From positions 2,430,001-2,462,000 of the forward strand of contig NC_008312.1 in assembly GCF_000014265.1 (NCBI RefSeq): 32,000 bases of DNA, written 5' to 3'. Positions 1 to 9,800 of this stretch are shown here, piece after piece; within the stretch, counting starts at the first letter, position 1; the number at the start of each line of letters is the position of its first letter. The translations under genes and the position numbers were made by a program. The notes below the pieces were generated by a model. It was not told the DNA's origin, made no database searches, and saw only the letters and a list, made by a program, of their open reading frames with translations. This DNA is from Trichodesmium erythraeum IMS101. Its GTDB lineage: Bacteria > Cyanobacteriota > Cyanobacteriia > Cyanobacteriales > Microcoleaceae.

Positions 1-332
1 AACTGAAAAAATCTCAGGCTTTAGAAAAATTAACATAAAAACAAAGTATTAGTCATGGCATCAATTCAACAATTAAAAGTGCTTTGTTGCCATAATTAAT
101 TTCAAACCATAGTATAAATTTAAATTGCGACTAGTAAATACTGTTGAGTTATCGTTTCTAAAAAATATTTTTTTCAACTCAACTTGTAAATTGATTCTTT
201 TTCCCAAAATCTATTTCACAGCTTTAGTTGAGACAGTTCACTACAGTTTCAAACTTAGCAAATTCAAATAGTAGGTGATAATTAACTAATACCAAATAAT
301 TAACTTCCTAAAAAGGAACTCCCACTAGAAAC

Positions 333-2159
333 ATGAAAGACTTTTTCAAATACACCTTTGCCAGCCTAATTGGCAGCATACTAGGAATTACTTTAATAAT
401 CGGTGTCGGATTTGGCGGATTAATATTTTTTGTCGTTTCCATAGCCAGTCAAACCAAAGATCTAGGTCCACAAGTTGAAGACAAATCAATCTTAGTTTTC
501 GACCTTGCTACAAGTATTACAGATAGTCGACCCATTTCCTCAACTGGGGAAGCACTCCAAGAAGCCCTATCTAGCGACCAAGCTACAACCATAACCCTCC
601 GAAAAGCAATTAATACTCTCAATGCTGCTGCCAAAGATAAAAAAATAATCGGCATTTACATTAAAGGTAGTAATGCTCCAGGGGTAACAGGACTAGCAAA
701 CCTACAAGAAATAAGACAAGCACTTCAACGGTTCCGAGAAACAGGCAAAACTATTATTGCTTATGATATGGACTGGACAGAAAGAGAATATTACCTAAGT
801 TCAGTAGCAGATGAAATTGCAATTAATCCTTTGGGTGTTTTAGAGTTCAATGGTTTAAGTTCTGAAACTATGTTCTTGAGTGGTGCATTAGATAAATTTG
901 GTATCGGGGTTCAGGTAACAAAAGTTGGTAAATATAAATCTGCCACTGAACCTTTTCTCCGAGAAAAAATGAGTCCGGAGAACCGACAGCAAACTCTTCA
1001 ATTGTTACAAGATATTTGGGGTCAATATCTGCAAACAGTTGCTACAAGTCGAAAGTCTACAACAGAGCAGTTACAGGCGATCGCTGATAATCAGGGAATT
1101 TTGATGGCGAATAATGCTTTACAGAGTAAGTTAGTAGATAGAGTTGTCTACTACGATGAAGTTCTGAAAAAACTTAAAGAACTAACAGGTATTGAAGAGG
1201 ACGATAAAAGTTTCACACAAATTAGTCTGAACAACTATAGCAAAGTACCAAGAGTTGCAAAAACTCTTAGTAAGAATATTAAAAGCAACAATAAAATTGC
1301 TGTAGTCTACGCTCAAGGAGAAGTAGTTAATGGTAGTGGTACTTCTAGACAAATAGGGGGCGATCGCCTAGCAAAGAAATTACGACAACTACGACTTGAT
1401 GAAAAAGTGAAAGCTGTGGTTTTACGAGTTAATAGTCCAGGGGGGAGTGCTTCAGCATCTGAAGTTATTAGTAGGGAAGTAAAACTTATGAGTGAGGAAA
1501 AACCTGTAATTGTATCTATGGGTAATATAGCTGCTTCTGGAGGGTATTGGATTTCTATGAATGCAGATCGGATCGTTGCTGAAGTCAATACTATTACAGG
1601 TTCTATAGGAGTTTTTGGTGTGTTGTTCAATATTCAAGAAATAGCTAATCAAAATGGAATTACTTGGGATGTGGTTAAAATTGGTAAGTTTGCAGATTTG
1701 AATACTACTTCTCGCCCTAAGACTGAAGATGAGTTAGTTTTGATTCAAAAGATGGTAGATTCAATTTACGAGCGGTTTATTAAAAATGTAGCGACAGCCC
1801 GTAATTTAGCACCCGAAAAAGTAGAGGAAATTGCTCAAGGTCGAGTTTGGTCTGGTGCCAACGCTCAAAAGTTAGGTTTAGTTGATGAAATTGGTGGGAT
1901 AGAAACTGCTATTAAAGTTGCTGCAGAAAAAGCTGAACTGGGAGATAGTTGGAAAATTGAGGAGTATCCTAAGTCTCGTAGTTTGGAGCAACAGATTTTT
2001 CGTAGTCTTTCTGGTATGGAAGTTGATATACCTACTATGCCTTTAGATCCGTTAGCGACAGAATTTAAAAAGTTGCAAGAGGAGTTAGCTAGTTTGAGAG
2101 CGATGAATGATCCTTATGGGGTTTATACTCGTTTGCCGTTCAACTTGAGAATAGATTAA
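333..2159 (+). CDS. sppA: signal peptide peptidase SppA (protease IV), long 67K type
   Basis: 608-aa ORF. It has an N-terminal TM helix (FASLIGSILGITLIIGVGFGGLIFFVV). Two tandem S49 peptidase halves follow, the second carrying the VNSPGGSA and GNIAASGGYW motifs typical of SppA. Confidence 0.9.
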   Translation: MKDFFKYTFASLIGSILGITLIIGVGFGGLIFFVVSIASQTKDLGPQVEDKSILVFDLATSITDSRPISSTGEALQEALSSDQATTITLRKAINTLNAAAKDKKIIGIYIKGSNAPGVTGLANLQEIRQALQRFRETGKTIIAYDMDWTEREYYLSSVADEIAINPLGVLEFNGLSSETMFLSGALDKFGIGVQVTKVGKYKSATEPFLREKMSPENRQQTLQLLQDIWGQYLQTVATSRKSTTEQLQAIADNQGILMANNALQSKLVDRVVYYDEVLKKLKELTGIEEDDKSFTQISLNNYSKVPRVAKTLSKNIKSNNKIAVVYAQGEVVNGSGTSRQIGGDRLAKKLRQLRLDEKVKAVVLRVNSPGGSASASEVISREVKLMSEEKPVIVSMGNIAASGGYWISMNADRIVAEVNTITGSIGVFGVLFNIQEIANQNGITWDVVKIGKFADLNTTSRPKTEDELVLIQKMVDSIYERFIKNVATARNLAPEKVEEIAQGRVWSGANAQKLGLVDEIGGIETAIKVAAEKAELGDSWKIEEYPKSRSLEQQIFRSLSGMEVDIPTMPLDPLATEFKKLQEELASLRAMNDPYGVYTRLPFNLRID

Positions 2160-2324
2160 TTTAGGAGTCATAACTCATAGTTCATCTATTTCTAAAACCT
2201 AAAATTTTATAAGTCTTCCCAAATCTTTTTTGAGATGAGAATTAAGGGATATGAGCAAAAATTGAATTGATAAATAAATAAAAAAACAACTGGTTTGCTA
2301 TCAAGAAGTTTATTAGGGTTTGAG

Positions 2325-2354
2325 GGAGTAAATTGGCGATCGCCAACTTACTCC
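2325..2354. terminator. 30-bp near-perfect palindrome centred on a HIP1 site, followed by a T-rich tail; possible bidirectional terminator between convergent genes
   Basis: ggagtaaattggcGATCgccaacttactcc has 14-nt arms with one mismatch, followed by atattttt. It lies between the sppA stop (2159) and the stop of the minus-strand gene (2525). Confidence 0.35.
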
Positions 2355-2524
2355 ATATTTTTAAGAATTACAAGTTTGCTGAACAGCTTAATTAACATTT
2401 GTAGTCAGCATTCTACCCAACCAAAGTTCCCTTAAAACCAATGAGTCCTTAAGCAAGATAAGTTTCGATTTTCAAGTTAACTTGTGATAATATTAGGGCT
2501 AAAACTTCATGAAAAATAAGAATA

Positions 2525-3232
2525 TTAAAACATATAATTACGCTCTCTAACCCACAAACTCACAGGTACAGCCTTACCTTGAGAATTGACTTTTGCTTCT
2601 ATAACAAAAGGTATGTCTTCTTCTGAATTAACACTATCTTGTACTTCCTGAATATCTTGATTAATTTTTTCTCGTCTATCCTCTGGCATAAAATAAGTTT
2701 CTAAGCCATATTTAACTCTCCCACCATCAAATTTTCCTTGAATAGCTATTTGGTTATCTGGCAAATTTTCTGGCATTTTTGAACTTATACCTATAGGTTG
2801 CCAAGCTTTAGGTATTTGTGAATTTTTTATTTTTTCAGGTTCAGCTAAAATTACATAAATATTAGTTTTATTTTCCCCATCAAATCTGCCTGAAGTTTCA
2901 AAATCAAATTGATGCCAACCCGGAAGTTTACTCAAGTTATCTTTGCGGGAAATATCATAACTTAAAACTTGATAATAACCGCGCAAAAAATCATAGGGGT
3001 CTACAGGTGCAGTTTGTAAAATAACTGTTCTACCTGTAATGTGAGTATAAATAGCTTGGGCAGAAACTGATAAAATTAATGCTAATTGCAAAGTTAAAGG
3101 CAAAACAAACCGCCAAATAGGTATTTGCTTTGTCAAAGATTTATTTTGATTAATAAGTAAACTAATGTCTTCAGTCTTATCATGATTTTTATCAGACAAC
3201 TTTTTTTGAATAAAAGGCTTATAAAATTTCAT
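2525..3232 (-). CDS. GDYXXLXY-domain membrane-anchored protein
   Basis: 235-aa ORF with one N-terminal TM helix (IWRFVLPLTLQLALILSV). It carries PVDPYDFLRGYYQVLSYDIS, a variant of the GDYxxLxY motif. It also has the C-terminal YGLETYFMPEDR motif typical of this family. Confidence 0.7.
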   Translation of the reverse strand: MKFYKPFIQKKLSDKNHDKTEDISLLINQNKSLTKQIPIWRFVLPLTLQLALILSVSAQAIYTHITGRTVILQTAPVDPYDFLRGYYQVLSYDISRKDNLSKLPGWHQFDFETSGRFDGENKTNIYVILAEPEKIKNSQIPKAWQPIGISSKMPENLPDNQIAIQGKFDGGRVKYGLETYFMPEDRREKINQDIQEVQDSVNSEEDIPFVIEAKVNSQGKAVPVSLWVRERNYMF

Positions 3233-3567
3233 TTTATCTCTCCATTTATTAATATTTTTATGGCAAAAATTTTGGTACTAAAGTAATTTAGTTAAATTAT
3301 TTTATATCTATAGTTTTAAGGGTAAATATTCAGAGGTATTAGCCTCCAAAAATAATTAAAATTCTGACAGAAAAAAGATATTCAGCTTTACTTCATATTT
3401 TTGCAGATTATGACCAAGAAAAAGAGCTATATCTGACTCCTAAAGTGCTTAATTTTTACATCTAAACTTTTTCTGAATATTTATTTTTATAGTTTTTTTT
3501 ATTTATAAAATTGGTATTTTGTGAATTAAATTATAATCTTCATATATTTCATAAATTATTGATTATA

Positions 3568-4164
3568 CTAACTAACAAAACTAATTAAAACTCCTAAAAG
3601 TTTCGGTAAATTTTTGAGGGAATATTCCTCTAAATCTAATACTACATTTTCACCTTCTAACTCTAAAAATTGCCAAGCAGTTCCAGTGGTAATAGCACCA
3701 TAAATTTGAGAAATTTGATTCCCTTTATTTTTGTTAAAAATTTGAGCTGCAACCATTTCCGCCAGACATTGACCAAAACCAGATTTTATATTATCATTTT
3801 TCGCCTCTACTAAGGTAACTACTGGTGCTTTAATTATGGTTTGTAGGCTAGAAAGACTAATAATAAAATCGCAAAAACCACTTAATCCTAATTCAATATT
3901 GACATTAAATTCTATACCAGAAAATAAACTTATTTGTTTGTTTAAATGTTTTCTAACTGCCACTAAAATTGGCGATACTATTAATTCTGAACGAGCTTTT
4001 TCAGTACCAATCGCTACTGCTAATGGTATATTGTCTTCTAAGGTTTCTTCTAACAGTTTACTAGGAGCTACGTCTGGTAAATTATTAAATTTCCCTAAGT
4101 TTTCGACTAAAGTTAAATTGAACTTAGTTAAAACTTCTTCTAAAGTGAATTTACTGTACGGCAT
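3568..4164 (-). CDS. hypothetical protein with PD-(D/E)XK nuclease-like motifs
   Basis: The ORF-track ORF is 3568..4227, but its first 21 codons are a translation of an 11-bp tandem repeat. The likely true start is the ATG at 4164 (MPYSKFTLEEV). The core pattern is CDFII, then 21 residues, then VTLVEAKND, then GQCLAEMVAAQ. This fits the D...ExK...Q restriction-endonuclease-like fold signature. Confidence 0.55.
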   Translation of the reverse strand: MPYSKFTLEEVLTKFNLTLVENLGKFNNLPDVAPSKLLEETLEDNIPLAVAIGTEKARSELIVSPILVAVRKHLNKQISLFSGIEFNVNIELGLSGFCDFIISLSSLQTIIKAPVVTLVEAKNDNIKSGFGQCLAEMVAAQIFNKNKGNQISQIYGAITTGTAWQFLELEGENVVLDLEEYSLKNLPKLLGVLISFVS

Positions 4165-4170
4165 TATGTA

Positions 4171-4225
4171 AATTTTTGAGCAATTTTTGAGCAATTTTTG
4201 AGCAATTTTTGAGCAATTTTTGAGC
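4171..4225. repeat. 11-bp tandem repeat (aatttttgagc) x5 immediately upstream of the 3568..4164 gene
   Basis: Five perfect head-to-tail copies are read directly in the sequence. Each copy contains a T5/A5 tract, so the tracts are phased at 11 bp. Confidence 0.9.
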
Positions 4226-4412
4226 AAATAAAGAACTTTAAAATATCATACCACTTTATAGCTAATTATCCTTGAAATCCAAGTAAAATCAATCAACGCC
4301 TTTGGTTAACTGAAAAAATGACTGACCAAATGGAGCAGCCTATAGGGCGACGCAGTAGAAGCAGGAAGTAAATCTGATAACATTACTAATTATAACATTT
4401 TATATCGGTTTT

Positions 4413-6308
4413 ATGAAGCAGAAAAAATTGTTAGACTCTAAATCTGATCAAACAAATGGTACAGTAGAAACCTTAACTGATAAGATAGAAGCTGTATCAA
4501 TTCAATCTGAGACAGCTTTGTTCAAGTCGAAAGGCAAAAAAAAGAAATTGACCTGGGTTGGTCTCCTAGTAGTTATTTTAGCAACAACTTTTGGCAGCCT
4601 AAAATTTCTCATCTATCGAAAGACTTCTCTCAAGCGAACCTCAGAAAGTTCTCTAGCGAATATCCTCTCTGTTCAAGCTACCCCCATAAAATTAGTCAAC
4701 TCCTACTCAGTTTCCCAAAGTTATACAGGAGTTGTAGAAGCCAAAAGAACAAGTGAACTTGGTTTTGAGCAATCAGGTTTACTTAAATTCATATATGTAG
4801 AAGAGGGTAAAAAAGTAGGCAAAGGAGAAGCGATCGCTCAACTGGATACCAGTCAAACCCAAGCCCAAAAGTCAGTATTAATAGCTCAGAAAGAAAGAGC
4901 GATCGCCACCCTCAAAGAACTGCAAACAGGACCCAGAGTAGAAGTCATTGCAGCCACCCGAGCATCCCTAGCTCAAGAAAAAGCAAAATTACAAGAATTG
5001 CAAACAGGACCCAGGGTAGAAGTAATTGCAGCCACCCGTGCATCCCTTACTCAAGAACAAGCCAAATTACAAGAACTACAAACAGGACCCAGAGTAGAAG
5101 TAATTGCAGCCACCCGTGCATCCCTTACTCAAGAACAAGCCAAATTACAAGAACTGCAAACGGGAACCCGCACCGAAGATATTGAAGCAGCTCGTTCAGT
5201 AGTTCTAGACTTAGAGGAACAAGTAGAATTAGCTCAACTTCGAGAAAAAAGACGTGAAGAACTTTATAAACAGGGAGCAATTTCTCAAGAACAACTAGAT
5301 GTTGCTTCTACTGAGACCGATACTCTCAATGCCAGACTGAAAAGAGGGCGGAGTGAACTAGAAAAATTACAAACAGGAACTCGCCGCGAACAAATAGAAG
5401 CTCAAAAAGCTAGAGTTCGTCAAGTGCAAAGTCAATTAGATGAACTGATAGCCGGAACTCGCCGCGAACAAATAGAAGTTCAAAAAGCTAGAGTTCGTCA
5501 AGTGCAAAGTCAGTTAGATGAACTGATAGCCGGAACTCGCCGCGAACAAATAGAAGCTCAAAAAGCTAGAGTCCGTCAAGTGCAAAGTCAATTAGATGAA
5601 CTTATTGCCGGAACTCGCTCCGAACAAATAGAAGCTCAAAAAGCAGAAGTTAAACGTTTCGAGGCACAAATTTCTGAAATTGATGTTGTTCTGAGAAAAA
5701 GTATTCTCTATGCGCCTTTTACTGGCACTATTTCTGTTCGCCATTTAGACGAGGGAGTTGTCGTTAATGCAACTCAAGCTGTTGTGCGTTTAGTCGAGGA
5801 TGGTGAAAGGAAAGTTCGGGTTGGGGTGCCGCCGACTCAAGCTAGTCGTTTGAGAATAGGTAGTTTGGAGGAAGTGAGGATAGCACAGAAAACTTTAAGT
5901 GCACAAGTGCTGTCAATTTTACCAGAGGTAGATTCTATGACTCGGACTCAAAGTGTAATTTTGGCACTACCTCAAGCTATAGCTCCAGGTACTATTGTCA
6001 AGTTAGAACTTAATCAAATTGAAACAGTGACAGGATATTGGTTGCCGACTTCTGCTTTGGTTTGGGGAGAGCGGGGGTTGTTGGCTTGTTTTGCTCTTGT
6101 CTCTCCTCAGAAATCAGATTTGGTGATACCTCCCTTAACTTATCAGACTGAAAAACGAATGGTTGAAGTTTTGCATACGGAGGGAGACCGGAGTCTGGTG
6201 CGAGGACTCTTAAAACCAGGAGAATTGGTTGTCACAACTGGAACTAACCAATTAGTTCCTGGTCAGTTAGTTCGCTATAGATTTTTTGGGCAGGAGAAAA
6301 ACCAATAA
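4413..6308 (+). CDS. HlyD-family efflux transporter periplasmic adaptor (membrane fusion protein) with expanded coiled coil
   Basis: 631-aa ORF with an N-terminal TM anchor (LTWVGLLVVILATTFGSLKFLIY). It has a lipoyl-like half (VGKGEAIAQLD ... LYAPFTGTIS). A very long run of GxRxExI-type helical units surrounds a GAISQEQLD hairpin-tip motif, followed by a C-terminal beta-barrel region. An RND pump gene lies downstream. Confidence 0.85.
   Translation: MKQKKLLDSKSDQTNGTVETLTDKIEAVSIQSETALFKSKGKKKKLTWVGLLVVILATTFGSLKFLIYRKTSLKRTSESSLANILSVQATPIKLVNSYSVSQSYTGVVEAKRTSELGFEQSGLLKFIYVEEGKKVGKGEAIAQLDTSQTQAQKSVLIAQKERAIATLKELQTGPRVEVIAATRASLAQEKAKLQELQTGPRVEVIAATRASLTQEQAKLQELQTGPRVEVIAATRASLTQEQAKLQELQTGTRTEDIEAARSVVLDLEEQVELAQLREKRREELYKQGAISQEQLDVASTETDTLNARLKRGRSELEKLQTGTRREQIEAQKARVRQVQSQLDELIAGTRREQIEVQKARVRQVQSQLDELIAGTRREQIEAQKARVRQVQSQLDELIAGTRSEQIEAQKAEVKRFEAQISEIDVVLRKSILYAPFTGTISVRHLDEGVVVNATQAVVRLVEDGERKVRVGVPPTQASRLRIGSLEEVRIAQKTLSAQVLSILPEVDSMTRTQSVILALPQAIAPGTIVKLELNQIETVTGYWLPTSALVWGERGLLACFALVSPQKSDLVIPPLTYQTEKRMVEVLHTEGDRSLVRGLLKPGELVVTTGTNQLVPGQLVRYRFFGQEKNQ
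4923..5156 (+). repeat. in-frame 78-bp (26-codon) tandem repeat x3, plus a diverged 4th unit to about 5234, inside the adaptor gene
   Basis: Units start at 4923, 5001 and 5079. Copies 2 and 3 differ at 2 of 78 nt, and copy 1 differs from copy 3 at about 7 of 78. Each encodes QTGPRVEVIAATRASL(A/T)QE(K/Q)AKLQEL. Confidence 0.9.
5376..5609 (+). repeat. second in-frame 78-bp (26-codon) tandem repeat x3, plus a diverged 4th unit from 5610, inside the adaptor gene
   Basis: Units start at 5376, 5454 and 5532, with 2-4 differences per 78 nt. Each encodes GTRREQIE(A/V)QKARVRQVQSQLDELIA. Confidence 0.9.
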
Positions 6309-6826
6309 CTAATAATATTGATGTCTGGATAATAAGTCAACACGGTTTAGATAATACCAAAAATATTATGATATGGAACCATTAAATGAGCTTTTCAGAT
6401 TACAGAAGCACAAAAACAATACTTAACGGATCATAAGTCATATTTTTTTTGTAGTAGGAATTGAGGGTCATCTCTTCTTAGGTTTTATAACAATTCCCAT
6501 GTATTAATTCTATCCCTGTGTCAATCTTTAGTTATTAAATAATTAACATAAAGGGAATAAATTTCTTACTTTTTTTAACTTAATCAATATGAATTATTAT
6601 TATCTTTGAGATAGTTTATAATGCAAATATACTAAATCCACTGCTATAATATTCTAATTTTCTAATCAAAAAAACTTGAAAAATTTTTGATAAATAGCAT
6701 TAATAATATTCCCTAAATATGAAGTTTAGTGATAACTATTAAAATAGACATAATCTAAATTATAACTGATAACTCATAATTAGTAAATTATAAATTATAA
6801 ATCATAACTCATAATTCATCTTTAAA

Positions 6827-9800
6827 ATGACTACTTTATTTTATCGAAACTTTCGATTATTAATACTAGCAATACTAATAATTGTAGCCTGGGGAATATC
6901 ATCATGTTTCACATTGCCACGACTAGAAGACCCAGAATTAGTTTCCCGTTTTGCCAGTATCACAACTTTTTGGCCAGGAGCTGATGCCCAACAAGTAGAA
7001 ACATTAATCACAGAGAAAATAGAAGCAAAACTATCTGAAATTGAAGAAATTGAAACCTATGATTCAACTTCTAGGGCGGGAAGTTCAATTATTAATATTG
7101 GACTATTAGAATCAGTTGAAGAAAGAAAAGCTGATACAGCTTGGTTAAGAATTAAAGAGCGATTAAATCAAGCCACAACTCAATTACCTGCTGGTACAAG
7201 TAAACCACGATTAGAGGAAGTTGAAGTTAAAGCTTATGCCATGATTACTGCTTTAACTTGGGAACAAGATACTGAGCCTAATTATGCAATTATCAATCGT
7301 TTATCTAAATTATTAAAAGATAAATTATTAGCATTGCCAGGAACACAAAAAGTTGCCAAATTTGGTATTCCTCAAGAAGAAATATTAGTAGAAATTAATC
7401 CTACTGATTTAGCTAGTCTTGGTCTGACCGCTCAACAATTATCAGCACAAATTCAACAAAGTGATGCCAAAGTTTCATCCGGTAAATTTCGGAGTCAAAA
7501 TAATGATTTACTCCTAGAAGTTGATTCAAATTTAGATTCCCTGAATAGGATTCGGAATATTCCAATTAGCTTTAGTGATAGAGGTCAATTTACTCGACTT
7601 GGTGACATTGCTAAAGTCAGAAAAACAATTGCTGAACCACCAAATGAACTTGCATTAATTAATGGTCATCCTGGTTCTGCTTTAGCTATATTTGTCGAAT
7701 CAGATTATCAAATAGACCTCTGGGCAAAATCAGCAGAATCAGCCATAGAAAAATTTCGCAAAGAACTAGGTATTGGTCTAAAAATTGAGATAATTTTTAA
7801 TCAAAGTAATTATATTCAAACTCGCTTAAAAAGTATGATTTGGAATCTATTAATGAGTGGCATACTGGTATTTTTGATGACAGTATTTTTAATGGGTTGG
7901 AAATCTGCAATTGTTGTTGGTTTGGTATTGCCTTTGTCAATTTGCATGGTTTTAGGGATGATGAGATTTCTCAATGTTCCTCTACATCAAATGTCAATAA
8001 CTGGATTAATTGTAGCTCTAGGATTATTAGTTGATGTGACAATTATTATTGTTGATCAAATTAGTAAAAGTATGGTTTCTGGATTAAAAGCTGAAACTGC
8101 TATTACTAAAGTAATTAATCATTTATTTCTGCCATTAACAGCATCAACTTTAACTACAGCTCTAGGGTTTTTATCAATGCTTTTAATCCCTGGTGAGCCA
8201 GGAGAATTTCTTGGTGGTCTTGGCATTAGTGTGATTTTATCTGTTATTTCTTCATTATTATTATCCCTGACTATAGGTTCTGGCTTAATAGGCAAACTAT
8301 ATCATATTTATTATCATCATAATAATTCCCAGAATACTCAACAAAATTTTTGGCAAACCGGATTTACAAATTCCTCTTTAACGAAACTTTACCAAGTTAG
8401 TCTACGAAGTATATTTAGCAATCCTTGGTTAGGAATATTATTAGGTTTAATTTTACCAATTACTGGTTTAATTCAAGTTAGGAATCTCCCTGAACAATTT
8501 TTTACTCCAGCATCCAGAAACCAGCTTCAAATAGAATTAGAATTACCTGCTTTAACCTCTATTGAAAAAACAAAAAATACGGCTATAAAAGTCAGAAACT
8601 TAATCTTAAAGCATCCAGAAATTCAGGAATTGCAATGGTTTGTAGGACGTAGTTCCCCTCGATATTACTACAACTTAAGAGCAACTAAACAGCCAGACTC
8701 CAATTATGCTCAAGGATTTTTACAATTAAATTCAATTGCTAACTCAGAATTAGTTAACAAACTCCAAGGCGAAGTTGATACTGCATTCCCTGGAGCTCAA
8801 GTCTTGATTCGACAATTAGAACAGGGGCCTCCCTTTGATGCACCAGTAGCAATCAGAATTTATGGTCCTAACTTAAAGCGTCTACAAGAATTAGGAGAAC
8901 AAGCCAGAAGCCTTTTAGCTCAAGTCCCTAAAGTCACTCACACCCGGGACACTTTAAGCGAAATTCGACCCCAACTACAACTACAACTAAATGAAGAAGA
9001 AGTTCGTTTAGCCCAATTAGATCATGCTAATCTTTCACAGCAGTTAGAGAGCTTACTGGAAGGGAATTTAGGAGGATCAATTATTGAAGATACTGAAGAA
9101 CTACCAGTGCGGGTGCGAGTATCGAATGCTCAACGGGGAGACATTAGCCAAATTACATCCTTAGACTTACAACCATTAGGTTCGAGTCTAAATCAAAATC
9201 GATTTAGTTCAACTGATACAATACCCCTGTCAGCTTTAGCAAAAGTAGAATTAAAGCCAGAATTTTCAGTTATTAGAAGAAGTAACGGCAGACGGGTAAA
9301 TTTAATTCAAGGTTTTATTGCTGCTGGGGTTTTACCTTCCGAGGTTCTCAAAGGTTGGCAACAAAGGTTAAATGATTCAAATTTTGAGTTACCATCCGGG
9401 TATTGGTTGGAAATTGCTGGAGAGTCAGAGAAACTAGGTGAGGCTAAAGCAGTTTTGCTTGCTACAGTGCCTCTTATATTTTTATTAGCAGTTTCAGTTT
9501 TGGTCTTATCCTTAAATTCTTTCCGAGCAACTGCCATTATTGGAATAGTTGCTATTTCTGCCATTGGTTTAGGATTTTTTAGTTTATGGTTATTTGGGTA
9601 TCCCTTGAGTTTTATGAGTCTGGTCGGTACATTTGGTTTAGTGGGAATTGCTATTAATGATTCAGTAGTAGTTTTGGCTGCTATCCTCCAAGACCGGGAA
9701 GCATGCACTGGTAACCGTCGAGCTACCCGTCAAGTTGTCATGGGTTCCACTCGTCATGTAGTTGCCACAACTTTAACTACAATGATCGGGTTTGTTCCTT

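Noticed and set aside
449-1652. Minus-strand ORFs at 449..655, 1313..1630 and 1452..1652
   Set aside because: All are antisense shadows inside sppA, whose protein has clear family motifs.
3836-4171. The 111-aa plus-strand ORF
   Set aside because: It lies entirely antisense within the better-supported minus-strand gene. Its composition is low-complexity with no motifs.
4165-4227. The N-terminal extension of the 3568..4227 ORF (MLKNCSKIAQKLLKNCSKIYI)
   Set aside because: It is simply the 11-bp tandem repeat read in frame. The ATG at 4164 is the more plausible start.
7840-9708. ORFs at 7840..8034 (+, out of frame) and 9307..9708 (-) within the RND gene
   Set aside because: They are embedded in a well-supported 1037-aa transporter ORF and are shadow frames.
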